DNA from: Candidatus Beckwithbacteria bacterium GW2011_GWC1_49_16
GTDB taxonomy: Bacteria; Patescibacteriota; Microgenomatia; UBA1400; CG1-02-47-37
NCBI GenBank assembly: GCA_001029675.1
Contig: CP011210.1
Coordinates: 320,193 to 384,192, forward strand
Reading direction: 5' to 3'
Length of the DNA: 64,000 nucleotides
Part shown: positions 1-9,630 of the stretch, in pieces
Layout of the letters: the number at the start of each line of letters is the position of its first letter
How positions within the stretch are numbered: position 1 is the first letter of the stretch
The notes under the pieces: model-generated
Told to the model about the DNA's origin: nothing
The model's input: the letters and a program-made list of their open reading frames with translations, nothing else
The model's database searches: none
Translations under genes and position numbers: made by a program

Positions 1-2
1 GT

Positions 3-464
3 AACGATATGACCCAGCTGGTTTTGGGTACCGACAGAGACAACCAGAAGTTGGCAGCCACCTACGACGAGCACGACCCGGCGGTGGTCAAGGCTATTTT
101 GGCGACGATATTTGCCGGTTTAAAACAAGGCAAGAAAGTGGGTTTTTGCGGCCAAGGAGTGTCGGACAGCGTGATTATTGCCGGTTTGGTGTCGATCGCC
201 GGGATTACCTCGGCTTCGGTGGTGCCGGATCGGTACTTGAAAACTAAAGAATTGATCGCCAGCCTGGAAAAGCAAAAAATCAAGGTTAAAGACTTGGGTG
301 AGTGGTTGGCAGCTAGTTTCAAGAGAAAGTATCGAGCGAGCCAAAGCGCCAAAGACGCCCTCTACGTTAATGTCGACTGGCGGGGGGTGGTAGCTTCGGC
401 GTTAAACCTTGGAGGCATCAGCAGCTTTGCGGCAGCCCAAAAGCTGATTGATAAGAGGCGATGA
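3..464 (+). CDS. C-terminal part of a PEP-utilising enzyme (PEP synthase/PPDK family), 5' truncated by the window edge
   Basis: ND-MTQLVLGTDRD...YDEHDPAV...GFCGQG matches the PEP-utiliser TIM-barrel C-terminus; frame is open to the window start. Confidence 0.8.
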   Translation, partial: NDMTQLVLGTDRDNQKLAATYDEHDPAVVKAILATIFAGLKQGKKVGFCGQGVSDSVIIAGLVSIAGITSASVVPDRYLKTKELIASLEKQKIKVKDLGEWLAASFKRKYRASQSAKDALYVNVDWRGVVASALNLGGISSFAAAQKLIDKRR

Positions 465-1645
465 TTTCTAGCCGCGCCGAAAACTTAGAGTTTTCGCCGA
501 TTCGCAAATTAGTGCCGCTGGCTCAAGTGGCCAAAAAGCGCGGGGTGACGATTTATCATCTTAACATCGGCCAGCCGGACATTGCCTCGCCGCCAATTTT
601 TTTAAAAGGAATTAGGAGTTTCAAAGAGAAGGTGGTGGCTTACGAAAAGTCGGACGGCAGTCAAGCCCTAAAAGAGAGTTTGGTCAAGTACTACCGGCGT
701 TTGGGGCTGTCGGTAGTAAGCGACGATTTGGTGGTGACCACCGGCGGCAGCGAGGCCCTGGCGATGGCTTTTTTTATTTTGTTTTCTTCGGGTGATGAGT
801 GTTTGACTCTGGACCCGACTTATACCAACTACCTGACTTTTGCCGCTTACGCCGGTGTCAAGCTCAAGGCGGTAGTGACTAAAATTGATAACAACTTTGC
901 TTTGCCCAAAACCGACAGCATCAAAAAAGCGGTGACCAAAAAAACCCGGGGAATTATCATTACCAACCCCTCTAATCCGACCGGGGCGGTTTATCCTCAA
1001 AGGGTTTTAAGCGAGTTGGTGGATTTTTGCGTCAGGCGAAAACTTTTTATCATCGCCGACGAGACTTACCGGGAGTTTGTTTACGGTAAAACTAAATTTG
1101 TCTCGCTTTTGAGTTTCAAAAAAGCCGCCGACTGGGTGGTGTTAACCGACAGCCTGTCCAAGCGCTATTCTTTGTGCGGGGCGCGTTTGGGGATGATTGT
1201 CACTAAAAACAGACAAGTGGTGGAAGCGGCGACCAAGCTGGCCCAGGCTAGGTTAGCCAGCCCGACGATAGAGCAGGCGGCGGCCAGCAAGCTTCATCGG
1301 GTGCCGCTTAAATATTTTTCCAGGGTAAAAAGAGAGTACCAAAAAAGGCGGGATACTTTAATCGCCGGCCTGGAAAAAATTCCGGGGCTGAAAGTGAGCC
1401 ATCCCGACGGGGCCTTTTATTTAATCGCCGAGCTACCGGTCAAAAACGCCGAGGACTTTTGTAAGTTTTTGCTGACCGATTTTAGTGACAAGCGGGAAAC
1501 GGTGATGCTGGCGCCGGCCGAGGGCTTTTACGTTACTCCCAGCCTGGGGGTGAACCAAGTCAGGATCGCTTATGTCTTAAAGACCAGAGACCTGACCCGG
1601 TCTTGTGAGCTTTTGAGGTTGGCTTTGGCGCGGTATAGGGGCTGA
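461..1645 (+). CDS. PLP-dependent aminotransferase class I/II (aspartate aminotransferase-like)
   Basis: LNIGQPD, TNPSNPTG, DETY, DSLSKRY (PLP lysine), GARLG motifs. Confidence 0.92.
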   Translation: MISSRAENLEFSPIRKLVPLAQVAKKRGVTIYHLNIGQPDIASPPIFLKGIRSFKEKVVAYEKSDGSQALKESLVKYYRRLGLSVVSDDLVVTTGGSEALAMAFFILFSSGDECLTLDPTYTNYLTFAAYAGVKLKAVVTKIDNNFALPKTDSIKKAVTKKTRGIIITNPSNPTGAVYPQRVLSELVDFCVRRKLFIIADETYREFVYGKTKFVSLLSFKKAADWVVLTDSLSKRYSLCGARLGMIVTKNRQVVEAATKLAQARLASPTIEQAAASKLHRVPLKYFSRVKREYQKRRDTLIAGLEKIPGLKVSHPDGAFYLIAELPVKNAEDFCKFLLTDFSDKRETVMLAPAEGFYVTPSLGVNQVRIAYVLKTRDLTRSCELLRLALARYRG

Positions 1646-1661
1646 AGATGTTACAATTACG

Positions 1662-2459
1662 CTAGTTGATTGGCAAAAATATCTCAAACCTTTGTTTGAT
1701 AGGGTTAGGGTTGATTTTCCAATACACCTCGTAATCTCGAATGCCCGCTCTCACCTTATATCCTTTTAATCGACAGTATTTCTCAAGCTCTTTCCAGAAA
1801 AGTGAGAGCATGTTACCAGAGCCACGATATGTGTAAGTTATTACCTTCCCAGGACTGAATGTCATTCGCTTAACGATGCTCTTGAATTCGTTTTTGACCT
1901 TCACCCCTTCATTAGCAAAAGCACAGATTTTGATACGGCTTTCTTTGGGTCGATATCCCTGGTCTTCAAAAATAGAGAGGGTTATAAAATTATTTCTTTT
2001 ATTGGTAAACATTTTACTAAGTTCCTGACAATAACTGTCAATTTTAGCGTATGGTCCGACTTTATTGATGTAATAAACTTCAAAAGGATCTATCGTCTTA
2101 ATTTCAGGATCTACTAATGTCCCATTGCTCTGAAGATTAGAAAGGTATTGTTCTATGTTATTAAGACTAAATTTAAGACGCTCGATCTCATTTTTGATAA
2201 GATGCTTTTTTTCACTGAACAGGTTTGATAAGTTTCCTTTGTTTTTCAAATATCTTTTAATTTCTTCCAGGGATATTCCTAAAGTTGAGAGGAGTAATAT
2301 CATTTGGTAGTCCAGGACTTGCCGCTCTTGATACAGACGATAGTTAGATTGGTTGATTTTGACAGGCTTAAGAACCCCTTTCTCGTCATAAAAGTGGATA
2401 GTCCTCTTAGTCGTGCTAGCTAGCTTGGCGAGTTCGCCTGTAGTGATTAAATTGTTCAT
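1662..2459 (-). CDS. MerR-family regulator with C-terminal GyrI-like small-molecule binding domain (BmrR-like)
   Basis: N-terminal TTGELAKLA..RTIHFYDEKGVLKP..YRLY HTH; coiled coil; C-terminal TYRGS..W..YEVY..EIFLPI GyrI-like pattern. Confidence 0.88.
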   Translation of the reverse strand: MNNLITTGELAKLASTTKRTIHFYDEKGVLKPVKINQSNYRLYQERQVLDYQMILLLSTLGISLEEIKRYLKNKGNLSNLFSEKKHLIKNEIERLKFSLNNIEQYLSNLQSNGTLVDPEIKTIDPFEVYYINKVGPYAKIDSYCQELSKMFTNKRNNFITLSIFEDQGYRPKESRIKICAFANEGVKVKNEFKSIVKRMTFSPGKVITYTYRGSGNMLSLFWKELEKYCRLKGYKVRAGIRDYEVYWKINPNPIKQRFEIFLPIN

Positions 2460-2462
2460 TAT

Positions 2463-2493
2463 TTGACAATAACGTAACGTTATACTTTATGAT
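2463..2493 (+). promoter_or_regulatory. MerR-type promoter: TTGACA, 19-bp spacer with operator palindrome, TATGAT
   Basis: -35 at 2463-2468, -10 at 2488-2493, 19-bp spacer containing the perfect dyad ATAACGT-A-ACGTTAT (2469-2483). Confidence 0.85.
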
Positions 2494-2517
2494 AGCCTAT
2501 AACTTACTAAGTGTCAA
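2489..2517 (-). promoter_or_regulatory. Divergent sigma70 promoter for the merR-family gene
   Basis: Minus strand TTGACA (2517-2512), 17 bp, TATCAT (2494-2489); its -10 overlaps the -10 of the opposite promoter. Confidence 0.7.
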
Positions 2518-2519
2518 AT

Positions 2520-4772
2520 ATGATGAACTCAATAAATATAAAAGGCGCTCGAGAGAATAATCTCAAAGGTATAGACGTCACCATTCCTAGAAACAAGATT
2601 GTATGTCTGGTAGGTGTATCTGGGTCGGGAAAGTCTACTATCGCTTTTGACATCATCGCCAGAGAGGGAGAAAGGCAGTATTTTGAATCCTTACCTTCCT
2701 ACGCTAGAAGATATCTCCATAAGAGCAATAGACCAGAAGTTGACGATATTAAGGGAGTTTCAGCTTCGATTGTGATAAGTCAAGATCGAGTAAGGGGTAA
2801 TCCGAGATCAACTGTTGGAACGCTTACGGAGGCTTATACCTATTTGCGCTTATTGTACTCGCGGGTCGGTTTGCCTTCGATGGACTCGTTCTACTATTCT
2901 TTTAATCACCCTTACGGTGCCTGTAAGAAATGCAAAGGTTTAGGTCGGGCGGTTGAAGCTAATGTCGATAAAATTTTGGACAAAAATAAAAGTCTTAACG
3001 AGGGCGCCTTAATCCCCAAAGAATGGTATGTGGGTGGTAGGCAATGGAGTATTATTAGGGCCAGTCGTTACTTTGACATGGACGAAAAATTGAAAGACTT
3101 CAGTGATTATGAGTTGGATAAACTGTTGTTTGCGCCGCCGGAAATGCTGGAATCGGACGGCGAGTATATTGTTGACCGATGGACCTTTCAGGGGATTGTC
3201 TACCGGATCCAACATAGAAATACCAAAGTCCACCGCGGACCATCCAAGCGGGACTTGCAGTATTTTGATTTTGTCGATTGCCCAGAATGCCATGGTGGTC
3301 GTCTTAATGAGAAGGCTTTAGCTGTTCGAATAAATGGCAAGAGTATAAGTGAGGCAGGCAACATGCCATTAGAGGAATGTTTTACATTTGTTAGAAGCAT
3401 TGATCATATAAATGCTAGAGTTATAAAGCCAAGATTGGAAGAGCAACTTCAAAGTTTGATCAACATTGGTGTTGGTTATTTGTCCTTAAATAGATCTGCA
3501 GACACATTATCAGGGGGTGAAGCTCAGAGAGTAAAAATGGCAAGGCAATTGAGCTGTGATTTGATTGAGAGTGTATATGTTCTTGATGAGCCAACAGCCG
3601 GTCTTCATCCGCGAGATGTAGCCAAAGTGGTTCAGAATCTAAAAAGACTACGAGACAATGGTAATAGTGTCATAGTGGTTGAACATGATGAAGCGGTAAT
3701 AAGAAACGCAGATCATTTAGTGGAAATTGGACCAGGCGGAGGCAAAAAAGGTGGGGAAATTGTAGCGGAAGGGAAAATTGGCAATTTGATAGCCAGCCCT
3801 AGGTCATTGACGGGAAAGTATCTAGAGGGAGATAAGAAAATTGAAGCAAAGAGAGGCTACAGAAAAGCTTTGGGCTACTTAAAAGTAACGAATGCGACTA
3901 GACACAATTTAAAGAATTTGAATATAGATATCCCTACAGGTGTCTTAGTAGCCCTGACGGGAGTATCAGGTTCGGGCAAGAGCTCACTGGTTGAAGAGGT
4001 TCTAAATCAGCACAGGAGTAAGGTCATTTTAATTGATCAGGGTCAAGTTGGAGCTAATAAGAGAGGTTGTATTGCCACTTATGTGGGAGGATTTGACAGA
4101 ATTAGAAAGTATTTTGCTGACGAGCACAGAATGCGCCCAAGTTTTTTTAGCTTTAACTCTCAGGGACGTTGTGAGCTCTGTAAAGGTTTAGGCTTTATCG
4201 AGATGGATATGAATTTTTTAGGAGACGTCAAGATAAGGTGCGAAAGTTGTGGTGGTTCAAGATATAAAGAAAAAGTTTTGAGATACAAATATAAGGGTAA
4301 GAACATAGCTGAAGTTTTGTCTATGACAGCTGCTGAAATAAGAGATTTTTTTGATAGCCAAGAAATAAAAGAACAAATGGGCTTGCTTGACGAAGTCGGG
4401 TTGGATTATATGGAGATGGGACAAACTCTAGACACTTTATCAGGAGGAGAATCGCAAAGGTTAAAATTAGCCAGCAAGTTGCAAGCAAAAGGAGAGTTTT
4501 ATATCTTAGACGAACCTACTTCTGGTTTACATTTTGCTGATGTTGAAAAATTGCTAAATCTTTTAAATAGGCTTGTTGATAGTGGCAACACTGTCTTGGT
4601 AGTTGAACACAATCTCGACGTGATTAAAAATGCCGATTGGGTTATTGATCTGGGTCCAGAAGGAGGGGAAAAAGGAGGTCGGGTTGTAGCCCAAGGGAAA
4701 CCGGTTAAGATAAGTGGTAGCAACCAATCTCACACCGGAACATGTTTGAAGGAAGTCTTGAAAAATGGTTAA
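2520..4772 (+). CDS. UvrA-like ABC ATPase, short class II type (DrrC/UvrA2-like)
   Basis: GARENNLK, two Walker A (GVSGSGKS), two LSGGE signatures, Zn-finger CxxC pairs; about 750 aa, apparently lacking the UvrB-binding domain; start probably ATG 2520 or 2523. Confidence 0.85.
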   Translation: MMNSINIKGARENNLKGIDVTIPRNKIVCLVGVSGSGKSTIAFDIIAREGERQYFESLPSYARRYLHKSNRPEVDDIKGVSASIVISQDRVRGNPRSTVGTLTEAYTYLRLLYSRVGLPSMDSFYYSFNHPYGACKKCKGLGRAVEANVDKILDKNKSLNEGALIPKEWYVGGRQWSIIRASRYFDMDEKLKDFSDYELDKLLFAPPEMLESDGEYIVDRWTFQGIVYRIQHRNTKVHRGPSKRDLQYFDFVDCPECHGGRLNEKALAVRINGKSISEAGNMPLEECFTFVRSIDHINARVIKPRLEEQLQSLINIGVGYLSLNRSADTLSGGEAQRVKMARQLSCDLIESVYVLDEPTAGLHPRDVAKVVQNLKRLRDNGNSVIVVEHDEAVIRNADHLVEIGPGGGKKGGEIVAEGKIGNLIASPRSLTGKYLEGDKKIEAKRGYRKALGYLKVTNATRHNLKNLNIDIPTGVLVALTGVSGSGKSSLVEEVLNQHRSKVILIDQGQVGANKRGCIATYVGGFDRIRKYFADEHRMRPSFFSFNSQGRCELCKGLGFIEMDMNFLGDVKIRCESCGGSRYKEKVLRYKYKGKNIAEVLSMTAAEIRDFFDSQEIKEQMGLLDEVGLDYMEMGQTLDTLSGGESQRLKLASKLQAKGEFYILDEPTSGLHFADVEKLLNLLNRLVDSGNTVLVVEHNLDVIKNADWVIDLGPEGGEKGGRVVAQGKPVKISGSNQSHTGTCLKEVLKNG

Positions 4773-4825
4773 TACTTTTTCTGCATGGTTTTTAATATTG
4801 TTCAAGACTGCTAGAATAGTTTAGT

Positions 4826-5869
4826 ATGTCGCTATCGATTGGGATTGTCGGTTTGCCGAACGTGGGGAAATCCACGCTTTTCAACGCGCTTTTGAAAAGG
4901 GCGGTTGCCGACGTCGGGGACTACCCTTTTACCACGGTCGAGCCCAACACCGGCGTAGTGGAAGTGCCCGATGAAAGGCTAACTAAACTGGCAGATGCTT
5001 TGAAAATCGAGAAACGGGTGCCGGCGGCGGTGAAGTTTTATGACATTGCCGGTTTGGTCAAGGGAGCCCACGAGGGCGAAGGCCTGGGCAACCAGTTTTT
5101 GGGGCACATCAGGCAAGTGGACGCGATTTTGCACCTGGTGCGGGGATTTTCGGCGGAGAAAGTGCCCCACGTTTCCGGCCGGGTAGACCCGGTCCATGAC
5201 TTGGCCACGGTAAACTTGGAGTTGACTTTGGCAGATTTTGAAATCGTCTCTAGAGCGGTGAATGAAACCAGGGGGGACAAAGATAGACTGGCGGTTTTGG
5301 AAAAGCTTTACGGGGCATTAAAGCAAGGCAAGCTAGCCCGGGAGGCGGATTTAACCGACGAAGAGCAGGTTGCCGTAGCCGACCTGAATCTGTTAACCCT
5401 AAAGCCGGTGCTTTATGTTTTGAACCTCGACGAGGCAGCGGTAGAGGGCGGAGCGGAAGTTAAGGGTTTACCGGAGGTGATGCTGATTTCGGCTAAGCTT
5501 GAAGCGGAGATCAATGAATTAGCTGAGAAAGAGCGGGACGAGTATTTAAAAGAGCTGAAGCAAGACGAACCCTTTTTAGACAGGCTGATTAAGCGTTGCT
5601 ACAGTTTACTTGATTTAATCACCTTTTTTACGGTCAAAGGCGGTAAACAAGCCCAGGCCTGGCCCCTGAAGCGTGACGGGACGGCCCTGGAGGCGGCCGA
5701 GGTGGTGCACACTGATTTTGCCAAGAATTTTATCAAGGCCGGAGTGATTTTATGGCAGGATTTGGTCAGGTCCGGCGGTTGGGTGACTGCCAGAAAAAAA
5801 GGGCTGGTAAAAGCGGCGGGAAAAGGGTATATACTAAAAGACGGTGAAGTAGTAGAATTCTTTACATGA
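4826..5869 (+). CDS. ychF: Redox-regulated ATPase YchF
   Basis: GIVGLPNVGKSTLFNAL, YPFTT, DIAGLVKGA..GEGLGNQFL, C-terminal TGS-like domain. Confidence 0.96.
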   Translation: MSLSIGIVGLPNVGKSTLFNALLKRAVADVGDYPFTTVEPNTGVVEVPDERLTKLADALKIEKRVPAAVKFYDIAGLVKGAHEGEGLGNQFLGHIRQVDAILHLVRGFSAEKVPHVSGRVDPVHDLATVNLELTLADFEIVSRAVNETRGDKDRLAVLEKLYGALKQGKLAREADLTDEEQVAVADLNLLTLKPVLYVLNLDEAAVEGGAEVKGLPEVMLISAKLEAEINELAEKERDEYLKELKQDEPFLDRLIKRCYSLLDLITFFTVKGGKQAQAWPLKRDGTALEAAEVVHTDFAKNFIKAGVILWQDLVRSGGWVTARKKGLVKAAGKGYILKDGEVVEFFT

Positions 5870-6144
5870 GAAAGTATGAACTAGCCTTGGTGTTTAACGA
5901 CACGGCAGGGAGTCAAAGCAGTCGCAAAAAATTTCTCACCGAGCTTTTGACTCCAATAAAAGGCAAGCTAGAAAAATTCGAGGTGGTCGGTTTACGGGAC
6001 TTGGCTTATCCGATTAAAGGCAAGACCCGCGGCTGGTATGGCTTTGGGGAAATTTCAGTCGAAGAGGATAAAATAAATGAGCTTGATAAAGCGATTAAAT
6101 TGAAAGATGACATATTAAGATATTTACTAATAAGGAGGGACTAG
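5866..6144 (+). CDS. rpsF: 30S ribosomal protein S6
   Basis: MRKYEL..GLRDLAYPIK..ILRYLLIR; rpsF-ssb-rpsR synteny. Confidence 0.93.
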   Translation: MRKYELALVFNDTAGSQSSRKKFLTELLTPIKGKLEKFEVVGLRDLAYPIKGKTRGWYGFGEISVEEDKINELDKAIKLKDDILRYLLIRRD

Positions 6145-6148
6145 GTTT

Positions 6149-6730
6149 ATGTCCTCAAGATCTTTAAATCGGGTGACGTTGATTGGTAATCTGACCCGAG
6201 ATCCAGAACTGCGATATACCCCCCAAGGGACGCCGGTGTGCACCTTTGGTTTGGCCACCAACAGAAGTTGGCAGCCGTCAAGCGGCGGCGAGCGACAGGA
6301 GGAGACAGAGTTTCACCGGATCGTGGCTTGGAACAAGCTGGCAGAACTCTGCGCCGAGTTGTTGTTTAAAGGCCGAAAAGTGTTTGTGGCCGGAAGATTA
6401 CAGACCAGAAACTGGCAGGCGGCCGACGGCACCGAGCGGACGACGGTGGAGATAGTCATCGACAACATGATTGTCTTGGACTCCAAGCGGAAAGACGGTC
6501 AGGGTTACGCCCAGGGTGACGGCGATTACGCCGACGAGCAGGCGGCGGCATCCAGCCCGCCCCAGGGTGACGACGTGCCCTACGACGACCTGGAACAGGG
6601 GGAGGCGGCGGCCGAGGAAAAGGCCAAACCGGCCCAGGGAAAGTCAGCTAAGCCACCGGTCAAAAAAGCCCAGCCAAAGGCTGATGATACCAAAGACGAG
6701 GAGGTCAACCCCGACGACATTCCTTTTTAA
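6149..6730 (+). CDS. ssb: Single-stranded DNA-binding protein
   Basis: LNRVTLIGNLTRDPELRYTP OB fold; acidic tail ending DDIPF. Confidence 0.97.
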   Translation: MSSRSLNRVTLIGNLTRDPELRYTPQGTPVCTFGLATNRSWQPSSGGERQEETEFHRIVAWNKLAELCAELLFKGRKVFVAGRLQTRNWQAADGTERTTVEIVIDNMIVLDSKRKDGQGYAQGDGDYADEQAAASSPPQGDDVPYDDLEQGEAAAEEKAKPAQGKSAKPPVKKAQPKADDTKDEEVNPDDIPF

Positions 6731-6747
6731 AGGTAACTGATTAAGCC

Positions 6748-6954
6748 ATGCCGATTAAAAAATTAAAGTGCTATTTTTGCCAAAACAAGACGGCTCCCAA
6801 CTATCGGGAGTTTGAAGTTTTGGCAAAGTTTACCAGCGATCGAGGCAAGATTGTGGCTCGAATCCGAAGCGGAGCTTGCGCTAAGCATCAACGCCGGCTG
6901 GTCGCCGAGATTAAAAGGGCACGACATTTAGCCTTGTTACCGTTTGTGGTTTAA
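6748..6954 (+). CDS. rpsR: 30S ribosomal protein S18 (Zn-binding type)
   Basis: CYFC, SDRGKI, CAKHQR, IKRARHLALLPF. Confidence 0.96.
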   Translation: MPIKKLKCYFCQNKTAPNYREFEVLAKFTSDRGKIVARIRSGACAKHQRRLVAEIKRARHLALLPFVV

Positions 6955-6955
6955 G

Positions 6956-8197
6956 ATGCGTTTTAGAGTACCTTTGACCAAGTTAAGAGGTTTGATTTTA
7001 GGCGTTGCCTTGGTGCTTTTGTCTTTCTGGTTAGGCTGGAGGGTGGGGAGCGTCGGGGGGAAGCCGAGCCTGCAAGGGGTCAAAGAGGTTTTGGTCGACC
7101 GGACGCAGCCAGAGAGTCGGGCCCAAATTGACATGCTGCTTTTCTGGCAGGTGTGGGACACGTTGGAACAAAAATACCTAAACGACGAGGATATCAAGCC
7201 GCAAGAGATGGTCTGGGGGGCAATCGCCGGCATGACTAAGGCTTTGGGTGATCCCTACACCGTATTTTTACCGCCCAAGGAACAGGAAGCCAGTCAAGAG
7301 GAATTAAACGGAACCTTTGAGGGTGTGGGGATTCAATTGGGTTTTAAAGATGAGGTGTTGGCAGTGATCGCACCCTTGTCGGGGATGCCGGCCGAGGCGG
7401 CGGGGGTTAAAGCGGGAGATTTGATTCTACACATTAAGGATGAAAATCGCGGAGTGGATACTGATACTCTGGATATGTCTTTACCCAAAGCAGTGGATAC
7501 GATTCGCGGCCCCAAGGGTACGGCGGTGATCTTGACGCTGCTTCATCAAGGTAAGGTTGATCCGGTGGAGATTGCCATCGTTAGAGACACAATTTTGATT
7601 GCCAGCGTCGAGCTTGATTGGCTTGAGGGCGAGTCGGTGGCTCATCTTAAACTGATGCGCTTTGGCGGCAATACCGACAGCGAGTGGGACGAGGTGGTGG
7701 CGCAAATTGCGGCGCGACAAAATCAAATCCGCGGAGTGGTTTTGGATTTGAGAAACAATCCGGGAGGATTTTTGGACGGAGCGATTCGCTATTCGGGGGA
7801 GTTTTTAGACAGAGGCTTGGTAGTGGTTAAACAAGAAGACGCTGCCGGTTCGATTGAAAGCTACAGCGTTCAGACTCAAGGAAAGCTTAGCGGTGTCCCT
7901 TTGGTGGTGTTGGTAAATGGAGGCAGCGCTTCGTCTTCCGAGATTATGGCGGGTGCTTTGCGAGACCATAACCGGGCGAAACTGGTAGGAGAAAACACTT
8001 TTGGCAAGGGGACGATTCAGGAAGCTTTGGAGTTGTCGGGAGGCGCGGGTTTACACGTCACCACGGCTCAATGGTTGTTGCCCTCTGGGGAAAACATTAG
8101 CCAGGAAGGGTTGGCGCCGCAAGTGGAAGCCAAAGACGATCCGGAAACAGAAGACGTTGACGAACAACTTAACCAGGCGGTGGGGGAATTAAAATGA
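6956..8197 (+). CDS. Carboxy-terminal processing protease, S41 family (CtpA-like)
   Basis: N-terminal TM, DPYT, PDZ (GVGI), DLRNNPGG, SASSSEI, TFGKG motifs. Confidence 0.93.
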   Translation: MRFRVPLTKLRGLILGVALVLLSFWLGWRVGSVGGKPSLQGVKEVLVDRTQPESRAQIDMLLFWQVWDTLEQKYLNDEDIKPQEMVWGAIAGMTKALGDPYTVFLPPKEQEASQEELNGTFEGVGIQLGFKDEVLAVIAPLSGMPAEAAGVKAGDLILHIKDENRGVDTDTLDMSLPKAVDTIRGPKGTAVILTLLHQGKVDPVEIAIVRDTILIASVELDWLEGESVAHLKLMRFGGNTDSEWDEVVAQIAARQNQIRGVVLDLRNNPGGFLDGAIRYSGEFLDRGLVVVKQEDAAGSIESYSVQTQGKLSGVPLVVLVNGGSASSSEIMAGALRDHNRAKLVGENTFGKGTIQEALELSGGAGLHVTTAQWLLPSGENISQEGLAPQVEAKDDPETEDVDEQLNQAVGELK

Positions 8198-8568
8198 AAG
8201 TAATTATTAAAAAAACCGGCGAAGTCAAAGAGGTGTCGTTGGGTCATGCCGTTAATTTTCTGCTTCCTCAAGGGTTGGCGCTAGTGGCGACAAAAAAGAA
8301 ACTCAAAGAGCTTGAGTCGAACCGGGAAGCGGAAAGGAAAGCTAAGCAAGTTGACAAAGTTGACCTGCGTCGCCAGGCGGAAAAAATCGACGGCAAAGTG
8401 GTAGAGTTTGAACAGGGGAGTATTAGCAAAAAAGACATCGCCGATAAATTAAAGATTGATAAAAATTACGTGGTTTTAGGTAAAGCGATCAAGAAGCCAG
8501 GAGAGTATGAAGTTAAACTTGCCTTTGGAAAGTCAGTCGCTAAAGTAAAAGTCAAGGTAAAAGATTAA
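8194..8568 (+). CDS. rplI: 50S ribosomal protein L9 (shortened)
   Basis: MKVI..GEVKEVSLGHAVNFLLPQGLA N-domain; GSISKKDIA..IKKPGEYEV C-domain; downstream of rpsR. Confidence 0.85.
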   Translation: MKVIIKKTGEVKEVSLGHAVNFLLPQGLALVATKKKLKELESNREAERKAKQVDKVDLRRQAEKIDGKVVEFEQGSISKKDIADKLKIDKNYVVLGKAIKKPGEYEVKLAFGKSVAKVKVKVKD

Positions 8569-9630
8569 ATGAGAAGGAAACTTTTATGGTTGGCGGCAAT
8601 CGTAGTGGTGGCGGTGTCGATTTTGGGCGGGGCGATCGGCGACAGACTCTTGGGCTATAGCCTGCTTGATCGCTGGTTTCCCAGGCAAAAGCAAACCGAC
8701 CGTGAGGTAGTCAGGGAAGTGTTAAAAGAAGAAAACGCGGTGGTGGCGGTGGTGGATAAAGTGACGCCCTCGGTGGTGACGGTGCGGGTTAAACAAGATG
8801 TCGGTTCCGGCTTTATCATCGATGAGGCGGGTTTGGTGGTGACCAACCGCCACGTGGTGGACGACCCGACCGCCGAGTACCAAGTGGTTACCGCTGACGA
8901 TCGGGAACTCTCGGTGACGAAAATTTACCGAGACCCGGCTAACGATTTGGCGATTTTACAGGTAGACCCTTCGGCAGGGTTAAAGTCCGTCGAACTGGGG
9001 GATTCAGACCAACTTAGGGTCGGCCAAGTGGTGATTGCCATCGGTACGGCTCTGGGCGAGTTTCGTTCGACCGTGACCACAGGAGTGATTTCGGGTCTGG
9101 GCCGGGGAATTAACGCCGGATCGCCCTTAGGTAATTTAACCGAAAGGTTGGATAACGTCATCCAAACCGACGCGGCCATCAACCCGGGTAATTCCGGCGG
9201 GCCGCTTTTAAACTCTCTGGGGCAAGTCATCGGGGTCAACGTCGCCGTCTCCCAAGCCGGAGAGAATATCGGCTTTGCTTTGCCGATCAACGTGGTGCGC
9301 GACTCGATTGACAACTTTAACGCTACGGGTAAGTTTTCCCGGCCGTTTTTGGGGGTACGCTATCAGATGTTGTCTTCAAGGATGGCGATTTTAAACAACG
9401 TGCCCCAAGGAGCCTATGTCGTCGAAGTGGTGGTGGATTCACCGGCGGAAAAAGCCGGGGTAAAAGAGAATGACATTATTATTGAGATCAACGGCGAGAA
9501 TTTGACCGATGAAAGCACCTTGGCGACAGTGGTAAACGGGAAAAAAGTAGACGAAACGGTGGAGCTGACTGTTTATCGGGACGGGGAAACGTTTAAGCTG
9601 ACGGCGAAGCTGGCGGAAGCTGGCGAGTGA
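8569..9630 (+). CDS. HtrA/DegP-family serine protease with PDZ domain
   Basis: N-terminal TM, TNRHV, DLA, IQTDAAINPGNSGGPL, C-terminal PDZ. Confidence 0.95.
   Translation: MRRKLLWLAAIVVVAVSILGGAIGDRLLGYSLLDRWFPRQKQTDREVVREVLKEENAVVAVVDKVTPSVVTVRVKQDVGSGFIIDEAGLVVTNRHVVDDPTAEYQVVTADDRELSVTKIYRDPANDLAILQVDPSAGLKSVELGDSDQLRVGQVVIAIGTALGEFRSTVTTGVISGLGRGINAGSPLGNLTERLDNVIQTDAAINPGNSGGPLLNSLGQVIGVNVAVSQAGENIGFALPINVVRDSIDNFNATGKFSRPFLGVRYQMLSSRMAILNNVPQGAYVVEVVVDSPAEKAGVKENDIIIEINGENLTDESTLATVVNGKKVDETVELTVYRDGETFKLTAKLAEAGE

Noticed and set aside
2520-4772. Canonical uvrA of nucleotide excision repair
   Set aside because: Too short, MerR-controlled, AT-rich and without uvrB/uvrC nearby; gene symbol withheld
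8960-8985. Possible repeat remnant GACCCTTCGGCAGGGTT (DPSAG) in htrA
   Set aside because: Too short to distinguish from chance without a genome-wide repeat model
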